A DNA stretch of 64,000 nt from Bacteroidaceae bacterium (GTDB lineage: Bacteria > Bacteroidota > Bacteroidia > Bacteroidales > Bacteroidaceae): NCBI GenBank assembly GCA_030843315.1, contig JAUUPT010000012.1, forward strand, positions 642-64,641, read 5' to 3'. The position numbers and the translations under genes are program-made. The notes beneath the pieces are model-generated. The model saw only the letters and a list, made by a program, of their open reading frames with translations, was not told the origin of the DNA and did not search any database. Below are positions 49,038-59,202 of this stretch, in pieces; position 1 is the first letter of the stretch, and every line of letters begins with the position of its first letter.

Positions 49038-49595
49038 ATGAAGACTCTATCTTATAAACTACATATACTCGGGCGGATGTTCCTGCTGGCACTCATTGCC
49101 CTGTCCGCCCTCTCGCTGGCATCTTGCAGCGAAGAAACGCTGGATTACGACCATCCGGACGTAGACCTGTTTGTAAAGCAACTGAAAGCTGGTAAGTACA
49201 CCACTCAAAGCCCCGACGGGCTGAGCAACGTGCCTAAGTTTACCGCCGAGGACATCGGCGAGTTGCTGAAGTATGCCGAAGACCTGACGGTGATACCTTC
49301 TTTCCCGCTGGCACCGGTATCTTACTCCGCCGGTGGCAAGCTCCGTCTGGGCGAGTGCATCTTGTGGACGGTGGAGACTATCCGCCTGGGACACAACGCC
49401 TCGATGGGTTGCAAAATGGTACGTGCCGATGCCGAGAATTACGAAGGCATCTACTTCCTCTCCGACGAGGATGTGCTGGACGCCGCCACCCGTTATCGCC
49501 GTTGGTGGGAGAGCCGTAAGTATCCCAAGACGATGTGGACCATCGACCCTTGCTACGATGAGCCGCTTTGCGGAAGCGGATATATGTGGTGGTGA
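49038..49595 (+). CDS. Lipoprotein of unknown function (DUF4943-like)
   Basis: Lipobox LASC; co-oriented with the ECF operon. Confidence 0.75.
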   Translation: MKTLSYKLHILGRMFLLALIALSALSLASCSEETLDYDHPDVDLFVKQLKAGKYTTQSPDGLSNVPKFTAEDIGELLKYAEDLTVIPSFPLAPVSYSAGGKLRLGECILWTVETIRLGHNASMGCKMVRADAENYEGIYFLSDEDVLDAATRYRRWWESRKYPKTMWTIDPCYDEPLCGSGYMWW

Positions 49596-49640
49596 TTTTC
49601 TTAACGGTATTAAGTATCAGGTATTAGTAAATCAAAGTAA

Positions 49641-50324
49641 GTGAAGCGATTTATACTCTTTTTGGCGCTGCTCAGTGCAGTTGCCTTCCCCCTTTACGCC
49701 CAAAACTGGACACCTCAGGACTCGCTGAAGTTGCAGCAGTTGCTCCATGGAGCAGGGGAGGTGAAGCTGAATCCGGATGCATTGAAGGAATTGGAAATGA
49801 ACAACTTCCTGGGCACTCCGAAGGTGGCAACGGACAAGTCGTGGATGGACTTCAGCAACTCCATGCCCCTCATGCCCAAGGTGCCGGAGAAGAAAGTGGT
49901 GCTGACGCTGCATCCCTACACGGCAAACACAAAATACAACTGGGACCCGGTGTATCAGAAGAAAATCAAAGTAAATAAGGAAACCTGGCGCGGCGACGAG
50001 TTCTATGCGCTGAAGAGACTCACCATTCCCAGCAACTGGGCAAAGCGTCCGTCTGACCTCGGACCGCGCGAGACACTGGAACAGATTGAAGCAACCGGCC
50101 TGCGATACCGGGTGACGGACCGCGCCAACAATATGGCGGTGGGCAGCTGGCAGCCTGCAACCGGCAGAGGTATCGGCGGACTGGACTTCATGACGCCCTT
50201 TACCCGCGAGTTCTGGAACTTCAAAGGTCGCAAACGTCGTGCCCGTACGCTGGAAGTGCTGAAGGCATACGGAGACTCTACTACGGTACAAATAAAAGAT
50301 CCGCTGCATCCCATCACGGAGTGA
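49641..50324 (+). CDS. Secreted protein of unknown function (DUF4858-like)
   Basis: GTG start and a signal peptide ending LYA-Q. Confidence 0.72.
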   Translation: MKRFILFLALLSAVAFPLYAQNWTPQDSLKLQQLLHGAGEVKLNPDALKELEMNNFLGTPKVATDKSWMDFSNSMPLMPKVPEKKVVLTLHPYTANTKYNWDPVYQKKIKVNKETWRGDEFYALKRLTIPSNWAKRPSDLGPRETLEQIEATGLRYRVTDRANNMAVGSWQPATGRGIGGLDFMTPFTREFWNFKGRKRRARTLEVLKAYGDSTTVQIKDPLHPITE

Positions 50325-50421
50325 CAACCGGCGTGTCTTGATACTTTTTAAAGGTGGAACGCCCGTTCAATGAACACTTTACGCTTTTCCCTTGTTCCTC
50401 CTTTATAAACCTATTAAAAAT

Positions 50422-51363
50422 ATGACGATGAATCGAATTACTTCTCTTTTCGGAATAAAGTACCCGATCGTTCAGGGTGGTATGGTGTGGTGTAGCGGTT
50501 GGAGGCTTGCTTCCGCCGTGAGTAATGCGGGTGGACTGGGACTGCTGGGTGCAGGCTCCATGCACCCCGACACTTTGCAGGAACACATCCGCAAGTGCCG
50601 CGCCGCCACGTCCCATCCGTTCGGCGTCAACATCCCGTTGATGTATCCCCAGATAGATGAAATCATGCAGATGGTAGTGGATGAAGGCGTGAAGATCGTA
50701 TTTACTTCTGCCGGCAGCCCGAAGAAATGGACGGGCTGGCTGAAGGAGCGGGGCATTACAGTAGTGCATGTCGTTTCGTCCTCGCGCTTTGCCATGAAGG
50801 CGGAAGAGGCGGGCGTAGATGCCATCGTAGCCGAAGGCTTTGAAGCCGGCGGACACAACGGCCGTGAAGAGACCACAACGATGTGTCTGATACCTGCCGT
50901 GCGCACCGCCACCACGCTGCCGCTGATTGCTGCCGGAGGCATTGCCACCGGTGCTGCCATACTTGCCGCCCGTGTGCTGGGCGCCGAAGGCGTGCAGATA
51001 GGTACACGCTTCGCACTGACGGCGGAAAGTTCCGCCAGCGAAGCATTCAAGGAATACTGCCTGCGCCTGGAAGAGGGCGACACCAAGCTGTTATTGAAGA
51101 AACTTTCCCCGGTACGCCTGGTGCGCAACGAATTTCGCGATACCGTAGAGGCGGTAGAGGCCGAGGGCGCCACGGAAGAAGAACTCCGCATACTCCTGGG
51201 GCGCGGTCGTGCCAAGCGCGGCATCTTCGAAGGCGACCTCGAAGAAGGGGAGTTGGAGATAGGGCAGGCGTCGGCGCTGCTGCGCGGCAAAGCAATAGAA
51301 TCCGTGGCGGCGGTAATGATGGAACTGACGGAGGAATATAAGAGGGCATTGGAGAAGCTATAA
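50422..51363 (+). CDS. fabK: FabK-like enoyl-ACP reductase / nitronate monooxygenase family flavoprotein
   Basis: YPIVQGGM, AVSNAGGLG, AEGFEAGGH, IAAGGI and QIGTRF. Confidence 0.78.
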   Translation: MTMNRITSLFGIKYPIVQGGMVWCSGWRLASAVSNAGGLGLLGAGSMHPDTLQEHIRKCRAATSHPFGVNIPLMYPQIDEIMQMVVDEGVKIVFTSAGSPKKWTGWLKERGITVVHVVSSSRFAMKAEEAGVDAIVAEGFEAGGHNGREETTTMCLIPAVRTATTLPLIAAGGIATGAAILAARVLGAEGVQIGTRFALTAESSASEAFKEYCLRLEEGDTKLLLKKLSPVRLVRNEFRDTVEAVEAEGATEEELRILLGRGRAKRGIFEGDLEEGELEIGQASALLRGKAIESVAAVMMELTEEYKRALEKL

Positions 51364-51382
51364 TCAATTCCCCCTATACAAC

Positions 51383-51424
51383 AAAAAAGGAATATCCCCG
51401 AACCTATCGGGAATATTCCTTTTT
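51383..51424. terminator. Bidirectional terminator between the fabK-like gene and gadC
   Basis: AAAAAAGGAATAT-CCCG...CGGG-ATATTCCTTTTT. Confidence 0.85.
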
Positions 51425-51447
51425 CCTTTTTTATTACCTATACCCCT

Positions 51448-53031
51448 TTATCCTTTCGGTGGAGTATCTGTTGTCTTTGTTGCGTCCCCGCTATTGGCAG
51501 CATTGGTTGCTGTACTTGCGGTCGCCGTTGTTGCAGCAGTCGCTGTTGCCGTTGCTGCACCTGCCACTTGTGCCGCAGGCTTCTCTTCCCAATGGAACGG
51601 CTCGAAGTTGGCATTCGGATCTACCCAAGACGGTTTCTTGGAAGCATAGATCACGAACGGAGCAATCACCACGATCAGCGCACCGATGATCAGCACGGAG
51701 AACCATACCGTATTACTACCCGTTGAAATCTGACTGGGCGGGATAAAGCTCAGCACAAACGCCAGCAATGAACCACAGAAGCCCAGGCCTGCGATAATCC
51801 ACATCAGTCCGTTGCCACCCTTACCGATGCGGAACGGGCGGTTCAGCTTCTTCATCTTATAACGCAATGCGATAGCTCCGGAGAACATCAGCATATACAT
51901 AATAAGGTATAGAATCACCGTCAACTGAGACAGAATCTGATAGAAACTCTGTACCGAAGGCATCACCACGAACAGCAAACTCAATACCGTCACCGCAATA
52001 CCCTGAACATAGAGAATGTTCTTCTGCACTCCCAGCTTGTTCGTCTTCTGGAAGAACGGAGGCATATAGCCCGCCTTACCTACGGCAAAGATACCTTTGG
52101 ACGGACCGGCAACCCACGTCAACACACCTGCCAACACACCGAATGCCAAGGCAATGGCAATAATCGGCGACAGCCAGGAAGCATGGATATAACGGAAGTA
52201 ATTGTCGAACCCTACGAGCAAACTCTGCGTCAGGCTGATGTCCTTAGCCGGGATAATGATACCCAGTGCGAACGTACCCAGCACGAAGATGATAACCGTT
52301 ATCAGCGCACCGATGAACACAGCCTTCGGATAATTCTTGGACGGATTGTCCACATCCTTCACGTGGATACCGCCCATCTCCATACCGGCGTAGAAGAGGA
52401 AGATACTTGCCGCCAGCACCACATTGTCGAAGTTCGTGAAGTCGGGGAAGAAGCTGCTGTGGAAGTCCATGTTGGAGTGTCCGCCGGTAGCCAGGTAAAC
52501 GATGCCGAGTATAATAAGCAATGCAGCCGGGATGATGGTTCCGACCATACCGCCCACCTTGGCTACTTTACCTACCCAGCTCATACCCTTCATAGAGATG
52601 AATGTGGCCAGCCAGTAGATGATGAGCACCACGGCAAGCGTGTAGTACTTATTGTTTGCCAACGTCATGTCGTGCGCATCGTTCATGCCGATGAAGGCGA
52701 TGGACACGGCACCGAATGTCAGTACGGTAGGGTACCAGATGGTACTTTCGATCCACTGCACCCAGATGGCGAGGAATCCCCACTTCTTACCATAGGCTTC
52801 GCCCACCCAACGGAATACACCGCCTTGCTTGTCCTGGAACATGGCAGCCAGTTCCGCAGCGACGAGCGACGTCGGTATCAGGAAAACAATGGCTGCAAAT
52901 AAATAGTAGAAAGCCGAACTCATTCCGTACACGGCTTCGGCTGGTAGTCCACGCAGGGATACAACGGCCGTTACATTCATGATAGCCAGCGTAAATACGC
53001 CCAGCTTCACTGTTTGTTTAATATTTGCCAT
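51448..53031 (-). CDS. gadC: Glutamate/GABA antiporter
   Basis: APC-family transporter (AAELA, GGVFRWV, YAGMEM) in an operon with gadB and glsA. Confidence 0.9.
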   Translation of the reverse strand: MANIKQTVKLGVFTLAIMNVTAVVSLRGLPAEAVYGMSSAFYYLFAAIVFLIPTSLVAAELAAMFQDKQGGVFRWVGEAYGKKWGFLAIWVQWIESTIWYPTVLTFGAVSIAFIGMNDAHDMTLANNKYYTLAVVLIIYWLATFISMKGMSWVGKVAKVGGMVGTIIPAALLIILGIVYLATGGHSNMDFHSSFFPDFTNFDNVVLAASIFLFYAGMEMGGIHVKDVDNPSKNYPKAVFIGALITVIIFVLGTFALGIIIPAKDISLTQSLLVGFDNYFRYIHASWLSPIIAIALAFGVLAGVLTWVAGPSKGIFAVGKAGYMPPFFQKTNKLGVQKNILYVQGIAVTVLSLLFVVMPSVQSFYQILSQLTVILYLIMYMLMFSGAIALRYKMKKLNRPFRIGKGGNGLMWIIAGLGFCGSLLAFVLSFIPPSQISTGSNTVWFSVLIIGALIVVIAPFVIYASKKPSWVDPNANFEPFHWEEKPAAQVAGAATATATAATTATASTATNAANSGDATKTTDTPPKG

Positions 53032-53073
53032 AAGTTAAGGTTTTAAGTGATAATTATATTTCAAAATCAGCGT

Positions 53074-53823
53074 CTATAACAATGCCCTGGGGGAATTGTT
53101 CTCTTTCCCCTGTGCCATCTTCTTGTAGAAATCTTCTTTCTCTTTATTGCGTCTCTGCACCAGGCTCGTCACGTACACTGTAAAGATAGGAAACATCATC
53201 ATGCCCAGCGCCGCCAGCAGCACAGACAGCACCCGTCCCGTGACGGTGACTGCTATAATATTGGAACCTACCGTCGTCACGTCCATAAATGCCCACCACA
53301 GTGCGTCGCCATATCCTTTTACCAAAGGATTCACGCCGTGCTCCGTCACGTAGAAGGCGAGACTGGCGAAGTAAACCGTAGCCAGCAGCATCGTCAGATA
53401 GGAGACGAACAAGCCCGACGCACGGTTGTACGTCAGCCAACCCACTACGATTGCCATTGCATAGCCGCCCCGTACCAGCGGGATGAAACGCAGCATATAG
53501 GTTGCTTCGGGCGAGAAAGTCCATCCCATGTAGGCAATGATATTCTGATAGGGAATAGCCACCAGCAGGAAGATGAAATGCGTTGCCACGTAGCGCCCCT
53601 TGTTTTCCGACAGAAACCATTCCAGAACGAAGTCTGCCAGGAACAGCGCGCATATCCACAACTGTACCTTCATGTACACTGACTGTTCATAGAAAGGAAT
53701 TCCCTCGAACGTATCCACGGAGATGCTGATGACCAGAAATAGCGAAAGCAGCAGGATGATGACATGCAGGATGCCATAGATGCCTTTCTCCCGCATCACA
53801 AATTCTGATAGAGCCATTTTCAT
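53074..53823 (-). CDS. Potassium channel / ion-transport family protein
   Basis: DALWWAFMDVTTVGS pore-helix/filter-like motif and six TM segments. Confidence 0.8.
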   Translation of the reverse strand: MKMALSEFVMREKGIYGILHVIILLLSLFLVISISVDTFEGIPFYEQSVYMKVQLWICALFLADFVLEWFLSENKGRYVATHFIFLLVAIPYQNIIAYMGWTFSPEATYMLRFIPLVRGGYAMAIVVGWLTYNRASGLFVSYLTMLLATVYFASLAFYVTEHGVNPLVKGYGDALWWAFMDVTTVGSNIIAVTVTGRVLSVLLAALGMMMFPIFTVYVTSLVQRRNKEKEDFYKKMAQGKENNSPRALL

Positions 53824-53910
53824 AATGATGTCCTGTTAGTTCATTAAAATGGTTGCCCCTGAGCGTAGTCTACGCCTTCGGAGCAACCTTGGAAAAAAGA
53901 GCATGAGAGA

Positions 53911-54876
53911 TTAGTCGGTAATCGTCACATTGTCACCGTTGAACACGCCCAGTCCGAGCTTGTTCATGATGAACTTGATAGCGAGTTGCGCCTTCATGGA
54001 GTTGCCGGCTTCGTCCAAAGGAGGAGCGAATGCCGATACACCCATCACACCGGGTAGCACAGCCATCACTCCACCGCCCACACCGCTCTTGGCAGGTATG
54101 CCGGCGGTGTACATCCAGTCGCCCGAATGTTCGTAGAAACCTACGGTAGAGATCATGGACGTAATCTTCGGTGCCAGGCTGGCTTCGAACACAGTCTGCT
54201 TGGTGACGGGGTTTACACCGTTGTTGGCAATGGTTCCGGCAGCTATGCCCAGTTGCTGGGCGGTGATGCCGAGGGAGCATTGGCGGGTGTAGAGGTCGAG
54301 CGCCATGTCCGGGTCGTCGTAGATGCGGTTATAGTTCTTCAGCAACCAGGCAATGGAGCGGTTGTTGAAGTTGGTAGCCGTCTCCGACTTGTACAGTTCG
54401 TCGATGAGCTGCGGGGCAGAGCCGCACAGTTCGGTGATGTTCTGCACAATGGCTTCCCATTTCTTGTCGCTATCGCCCACCGGCTGCACCATGGAGCAGG
54501 CGGAGATGGCACCTGCATTTACCAATGGAGTAGAGGGGTGGTCGTTCTCCAGCAAGATGGCGATGATGGAGTTGAACGGCAGACCGGTAGCATCGGCGCC
54601 AATCATGTCCAGCACTTTCTGTGCACCGTATTGGCGCAAGATGAGGATGGCGGTGTGTACCTTCGATACGGATTCGATGCCGAAACGGTAGTCCGTATCG
54701 CCGATATTGATGGTCTGTCCATTCATCAGGCAGATGCTGAGTCCGAACAGTTTGGAATCAATATTGGCAAGGTAGGGGATGTAGTCGGCATTCTTACCGC
54801 CGGTGTTGCCCTTCACCTCGTTGTAGGCTTTCTGGGCAACTTCCTTGATTTGAGATATTGATATTTTCTTTTCCAT
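53911..54876 (-). CDS. glsA: Glutaminase A
   Basis: NADYIPYLA, IESVSK, VNAGAI, PAKSGVGGG and APPLDEAGNS. Confidence 0.96.
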   Translation of the reverse strand: MEKKISISQIKEVAQKAYNEVKGNTGGKNADYIPYLANIDSKLFGLSICLMNGQTINIGDTDYRFGIESVSKVHTAILILRQYGAQKVLDMIGADATGLPFNSIIAILLENDHPSTPLVNAGAISACSMVQPVGDSDKKWEAIVQNITELCGSAPQLIDELYKSETATNFNNRSIAWLLKNYNRIYDDPDMALDLYTRQCSLGITAQQLGIAAGTIANNGVNPVTKQTVFEASLAPKITSMISTVGFYEHSGDWMYTAGIPAKSGVGGGVMAVLPGVMGVSAFAPPLDEAGNSMKAQLAIKFIMNKLGLGVFNGDNVTITD

Positions 54877-54883
54877 TATCACA

Positions 54884-56320
54884 TTATTTTTTGTGAGCTT
54901 GGCAGCCGTGGTTGAACACTTTGTTTTCTACCGGCAAGTTCTTGTCCTGTGCCATGCGGGTAGGTGTGGGGTAGTCCAGCTTCTCCAGTTCGGCAATGGC
55001 ATTCTTGATGTCGCCCAGCAACATATCCGCCATGTCGCGGCTGAATCCCTGGCGTACAACAACACGCATCACTACGTAGTCTTCCAGTTTAGAAGGCAAT
55101 GTATATGCCGGTACCATCCAGCCGTGTTGAGACAGCTTGTCTTGCAGGTCATACAGCGTCCATTTGGCAGTTCTTGCATAGTCCGGTTTCAGGTACCAGA
55201 TGAACAACGGGTTCACTACCTCTTCGGAGTAGTTTACGAACGGAGCCATCTTGCCTATTTCGCGGTGGATGTACTTCGCGATGGCCAGTGAGTTGAATTG
55301 TACTTCCTTGTAACCTTGGAATCCGAGACGGATGAACTGGTAGTATTGTCCCAGAATCTGTGCGGCAGGACGGGAGAAGTTCAGTCCGACTTGCGTGATG
55401 TTGGCACCGAGGTAGTTGACACTGAACGACATTTCTTCGGGCAGGTATTCTTTGCCTTTCCAGCAAACCCATCCCAAGCCCGGATAAACCAAGCCGAACT
55501 TGTGTCCGCTGACGCTGATGGAGAGCACCCACTTCAGGCGGAAGTCCCATTTTGTATCAGGATAGAGGAACGGCAGGATGAAACCACCGCTGGCAGCATC
55601 TACGTGGATAGGAATGTCGTAGCCGGTCTTGGCGTTGTAAGCGTCGAGGGCTTTGTCCAGTGCTTCTACGTCGTCATTCAGTCCTGTCCATGTAACGCCC
55701 TGGATAGGTACGATACAGATGGTGTTTTCGTCGCACATCTTCAAGGCTTCTTCGGGGTCGAGTGTGGTCTTGTCCAGCGTCAAGGGTACTTCACGCATTT
55801 CGATCTGCCACAGTTGGGCGAATTTTTCCCATACCACCTGGAAACCGGTAGAGATAACGAAGTTCGGTTTGTCGAACGGTTTGCCTTCGGCCTGGCGTTT
55901 CTTGCGCCAACGCAGCCATGCGGCCACACCACCCAGCATACAGGCTTCCGAAGAACCGATGGCAAGTGCACCTGTTTTCCAGGTATCCTTTTCGGGGGAG
56001 TTCCACAGGTTGGCTACGATGTTGATACATTTACCGTTCATCACGGCGATGCGCGGATATTCCGTCTCGTCGATGTAGTTGATGTTGATGGCTTCGTTCA
56101 TCAGCTTAGTGGCATAGTCGTCCATATAAGTAGTAACGAACGTAGCCAGGTTCAGGCGAGGCTGTGTCTGGGCGAAAGTCTCATCTTTTACCATCTGGTA
56201 AGCTATCTCCGGTGTGGTAGGTCCGTCGGGGATCTTCTCTACCGGTGAAGGTTGCAACATACGGTTAGAACCGAATACGTCAGTTTTTGCATCTCCTTGT
56301 CTGAAATTCAAATCTTCCAT
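54884..56320 (-). CDS. gadB: Glutamate decarboxylase
   Basis: Start ATG 56320. NLATFVTT, IDETEYP, GSSEACML, HVDAASGGF and PLP-lysine motif SGHKFGL. Confidence 0.97.
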   Translation of the reverse strand: MEDLNFRQGDAKTDVFGSNRMLQPSPVEKIPDGPTTPEIAYQMVKDETFAQTQPRLNLATFVTTYMDDYATKLMNEAININYIDETEYPRIAVMNGKCINIVANLWNSPEKDTWKTGALAIGSSEACMLGGVAAWLRWRKKRQAEGKPFDKPNFVISTGFQVVWEKFAQLWQIEMREVPLTLDKTTLDPEEALKMCDENTICIVPIQGVTWTGLNDDVEALDKALDAYNAKTGYDIPIHVDAASGGFILPFLYPDTKWDFRLKWVLSISVSGHKFGLVYPGLGWVCWKGKEYLPEEMSFSVNYLGANITQVGLNFSRPAAQILGQYYQFIRLGFQGYKEVQFNSLAIAKYIHREIGKMAPFVNYSEEVVNPLFIWYLKPDYARTAKWTLYDLQDKLSQHGWMVPAYTLPSKLEDYVVMRVVVRQGFSRDMADMLLGDIKNAIAELEKLDYPTPTRMAQDKNLPVENKVFNHGCQAHKK

Positions 56321-56509
56321 ATAACAATAAGTTTTTAAAGGTTTAGGCGGCGGGGCGTTTCCCCGTCGAATTTCCCACAAGAACGGGGTTCGCGAAGGAA
56401 AGTTCCGGCGATTTACATCTTTTGGCGTTTATTAAAGTTGACGCAGAGGGGAACGAACATTCCTTCTCCCTGTTTGTTTTCTTCGGCATAACTCTAAAGA
56501 ATACCCGTT

Positions 56510-57727
56510 ATGAAGATTAATACCGGACAGGGCACTATCCCTCTTATTACGCTCGTGGCCATCTGGTCTATCTCTGCATTGACCTCTCTGCCGGGATTGG
56601 CGGTTTCGCCTATCCTCGGGCAACTCTCTACCATCTTCCCGAAGGCTACGGAACTGGATATACAGATGCTTACCTCCCTGCCTTCGTTGCTGATAATTCC
56701 ATTTGTATTGCTGGCCGGCAAGTTGGCGGAGAAGCGCGACTTTATCCGCCTGTTGCGTGTCGGGCTTTGGATGTTTGCTGCGAGCGGATTACTTTATCTG
56801 TTTTCTTCGAAGATGTGGCAGTTGATGGCAGTCAGTGCACTGCTCGGCATTGGTTCGGGGTTGATAATTCCACTCTCTACCGGTTTAATCTCGCGTTACT
56901 TTACGGGTGCGTATCGGGTGAAACAGTTTGGTTACAGTTCCGCCATTACCAACGTCACGCTGGTGGTGGCAACCGCAGTAACGGGCTATCTGGCAGAGGT
57001 AAATTGGCATTTGCCGTTCATTGTCTATCTGTTGCCGCTGGTATCACTCGTACTTTGTATCTATCTGAAAAACAGTGATAGCCAGCCTTCCACTGCGGAC
57101 GCACAGGCAACTACCGCTTCTGCTGCCGGATCGGCCCCTGCCATTCCCGGTAAATACGGTATTCACGTCCGCCATCTTCTTCAACTGATGATGTTTTACG
57201 GGTTGATTACTTATGTCGTCCTTGTCGTTACCTTCAATCTGCCTTTCCTGATGGAAGCACACCACTTCTCCAGCGGAAATTCCGGTCTGATGATTTCACT
57301 CTTCTTTCTTGCCATCATGGCACCCGGTTTCTTCCTGGGGCATATCGTCCGATTCTTAGGTAGCGACACAAAGTTTTATAGCCTTCTGTCTATTGCTGCG
57401 GGCTTACTGTTAATATGGATTTCGCCTAAAGAATGGCTCATTATACCCGGTTGCGTCCTGGTTGGACTGGGTTATGGCGTTATCCAACCGCTGATTTATG
57501 ACAAAACGGTAGATACCGCCGTACCTGCCAAAACCACCCTGGCGCTTGCTTTCGTCATGGTGATGAACTATCTTGCCATCCTGCTATCTCCATTCATTAC
57601 CGATTTCTTTCAGTCGTTGTTTCATACCGGTTCCAAAGAATTCCCGTTTATTCTTAACCTCTGCATCACGATAGGAGCCATCTATTGGGCACATGCCCGG
57701 AGGGAGGACTTCTTATTTGATGATTAG
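56510..57727 (+). CDS. MFS transporter
   Basis: About 12 hydrophobic segments and a motif-A-like AGKLAEKR. Confidence 0.88.
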   Translation: MKINTGQGTIPLITLVAIWSISALTSLPGLAVSPILGQLSTIFPKATELDIQMLTSLPSLLIIPFVLLAGKLAEKRDFIRLLRVGLWMFAASGLLYLFSSKMWQLMAVSALLGIGSGLIIPLSTGLISRYFTGAYRVKQFGYSSAITNVTLVVATAVTGYLAEVNWHLPFIVYLLPLVSLVLCIYLKNSDSQPSTADAQATTASAAGSAPAIPGKYGIHVRHLLQLMMFYGLITYVVLVVTFNLPFLMEAHHFSSGNSGLMISLFFLAIMAPGFFLGHIVRFLGSDTKFYSLLSIAAGLLLIWISPKEWLIIPGCVLVGLGYGVIQPLIYDKTVDTAVPAKTTLALAFVMVMNYLAILLSPFITDFFQSLFHTGSKEFPFILNLCITIGAIYWAHARREDFLFDD

Positions 57728-57745
57728 CTGTTCTCAAGCAATAAT

Positions 57746-57824
57746 AAAGGCTGTCCCAAAACAGATTTTGCTATCATTCTCTGTTGTTCAGAACGATGCT
57801 TAATCTATATTTGAGACAGCCTTT
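57746..57824. repeat. Long-hairpin / MITE-like element between convergent MFS and ald genes
   Basis: Terminal inverted repeats AAAGGCTGTCCCAAA and TTTGAGACAGCCTTT (14/15 match). Confidence 0.7.
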
Positions 57825-57857
57825 GGCTGTAAGAGAGGCCTCTTACCATTTCGAAAC

Positions 57858-58964
57858 CTATAATTCTATCGGCTCATACTTCAGCCCGAACACATCTGCC
57901 ACAGCTTTGTACGTAACCTTGCCTTTTACCACGTTCAATCCCAATGCCAGTGCCGGATCATCCTTGCACGCCTGTCGCCATCCTTTGCTTGCCAGGGCCA
58001 CGGTATAGGGCAGCGTAGCATTGGTCAGTGCCATAGTCGAGGTGAAAGGTACGGCACCCGGAATATTGGCAACGGCATAATGCACGATGCCATCCATTAC
58101 ATACGTCGGCTCGCTGTGAGTTGTGGGGTGGGAGGTTTCGAAGCAACCGCCCTGGTCGATGGCTACATCCACGAGCACAGTTCCCGGTTTCATCATCTTC
58201 AGCATCTCTTTGGTGATAAGATGGGGCGCTTTATCACCGGGGATAAGTACGGAACCGATAACAACGTCTATCGTCGGCAGTTCCATCTTGATGTTATGCG
58301 TAGAAGAGTAGAGCGTCTTTACATTCTTGGGCAGCACTTCACTGAGGTAGCGCAAGCGGGGAAGATTGATATCTGCAATCATCACTTCGGCACCCATTCC
58401 GGCAGCTATCTGTGCAGCGTTGGTTCCTACGATACCGCCGCCGAGAATCAGCACCCGCGCGGGGCGTACACCCGGCACACCACCCATCAGTTTCCCTTTT
58501 CCGCCTTGCGGCTTCTCCAGGAAGCGGGCAGCTTCTTGCGTTGCCATGCGTCCGGCCACTTCGCTCATCGGGGTGAGCAGAGGCAGGGAGCGGTCTTCTT
58601 TCTCTACCGTTTCGTAGGCGATGCAGATGGCGCCGCTTTCAATCATGGCTTCGGTCAATAATTTATCGGCTGCGAAGTGGAAGTACGTAAATACCACTTG
58701 TCCCTTTTTAATCAGTTTGTACTCCGGTGCAATGGGCTCTTTTACCTTGACAATCATGTCGGCTGCGGCATACGTAGCTTCGATGGTAGGTAAAGTCTGT
58801 GCACCTACGGCGATGTAATCATCGTCCGAGAATCCGCTGTTTGCGCCTGCCGTGGCTTGCACATACACTGTATGACCACGCTTCACCAACTCGGCTACTC
58901 CGGCAGGGGTCATTCCTACACGGTTCTCATTGTTCTTGATTTCTTTAGGTACTCCGATAATCAT
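57858..58964 (-). CDS. ald: Alanine dehydrogenase
   Basis: Start ATG 58964: MIIGVPKEIKNNENRV, KVKEP, PMSEVAGR, DVAIDQGGC and VANIPGAVP. Confidence 0.97.
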   Translation of the reverse strand: MIIGVPKEIKNNENRVGMTPAGVAELVKRGHTVYVQATAGANSGFSDDDYIAVGAQTLPTIEATYAAADMIVKVKEPIAPEYKLIKKGQVVFTYFHFAADKLLTEAMIESGAICIAYETVEKEDRSLPLLTPMSEVAGRMATQEAARFLEKPQGGKGKLMGGVPGVRPARVLILGGGIVGTNAAQIAAGMGAEVMIADINLPRLRYLSEVLPKNVKTLYSSTHNIKMELPTIDVVIGSVLIPGDKAPHLITKEMLKMMKPGTVLVDVAIDQGGCFETSHPTTHSEPTYVMDGIVHYAVANIPGAVPFTSTMALTNATLPYTVALASKGWRQACKDDPALALGLNVVKGKVTYKAVADVFGLKYEPIEL

Positions 58965-59202
58965 AACCTTATTATTTAGGGGGTTAAACTTGGCGAAAGA
59001 TACAAAAATGGAGAACACATTGTTATCATGTCCTTCATGTTTTTCAGCAGAAAACGGGTGTTCTCCTTTCTATTTGCTACATATTCGCTTCGTAAGGAGT
59101 GGAATAGAGCAAACCTCTTCCTGTTTTATTCGTCCTTTTGTGTCGAAAAGATTGGGATTATTTTTATCTTTGCCTGCGTTAATTAAGAAAGAAGTTATTG
59201 CG

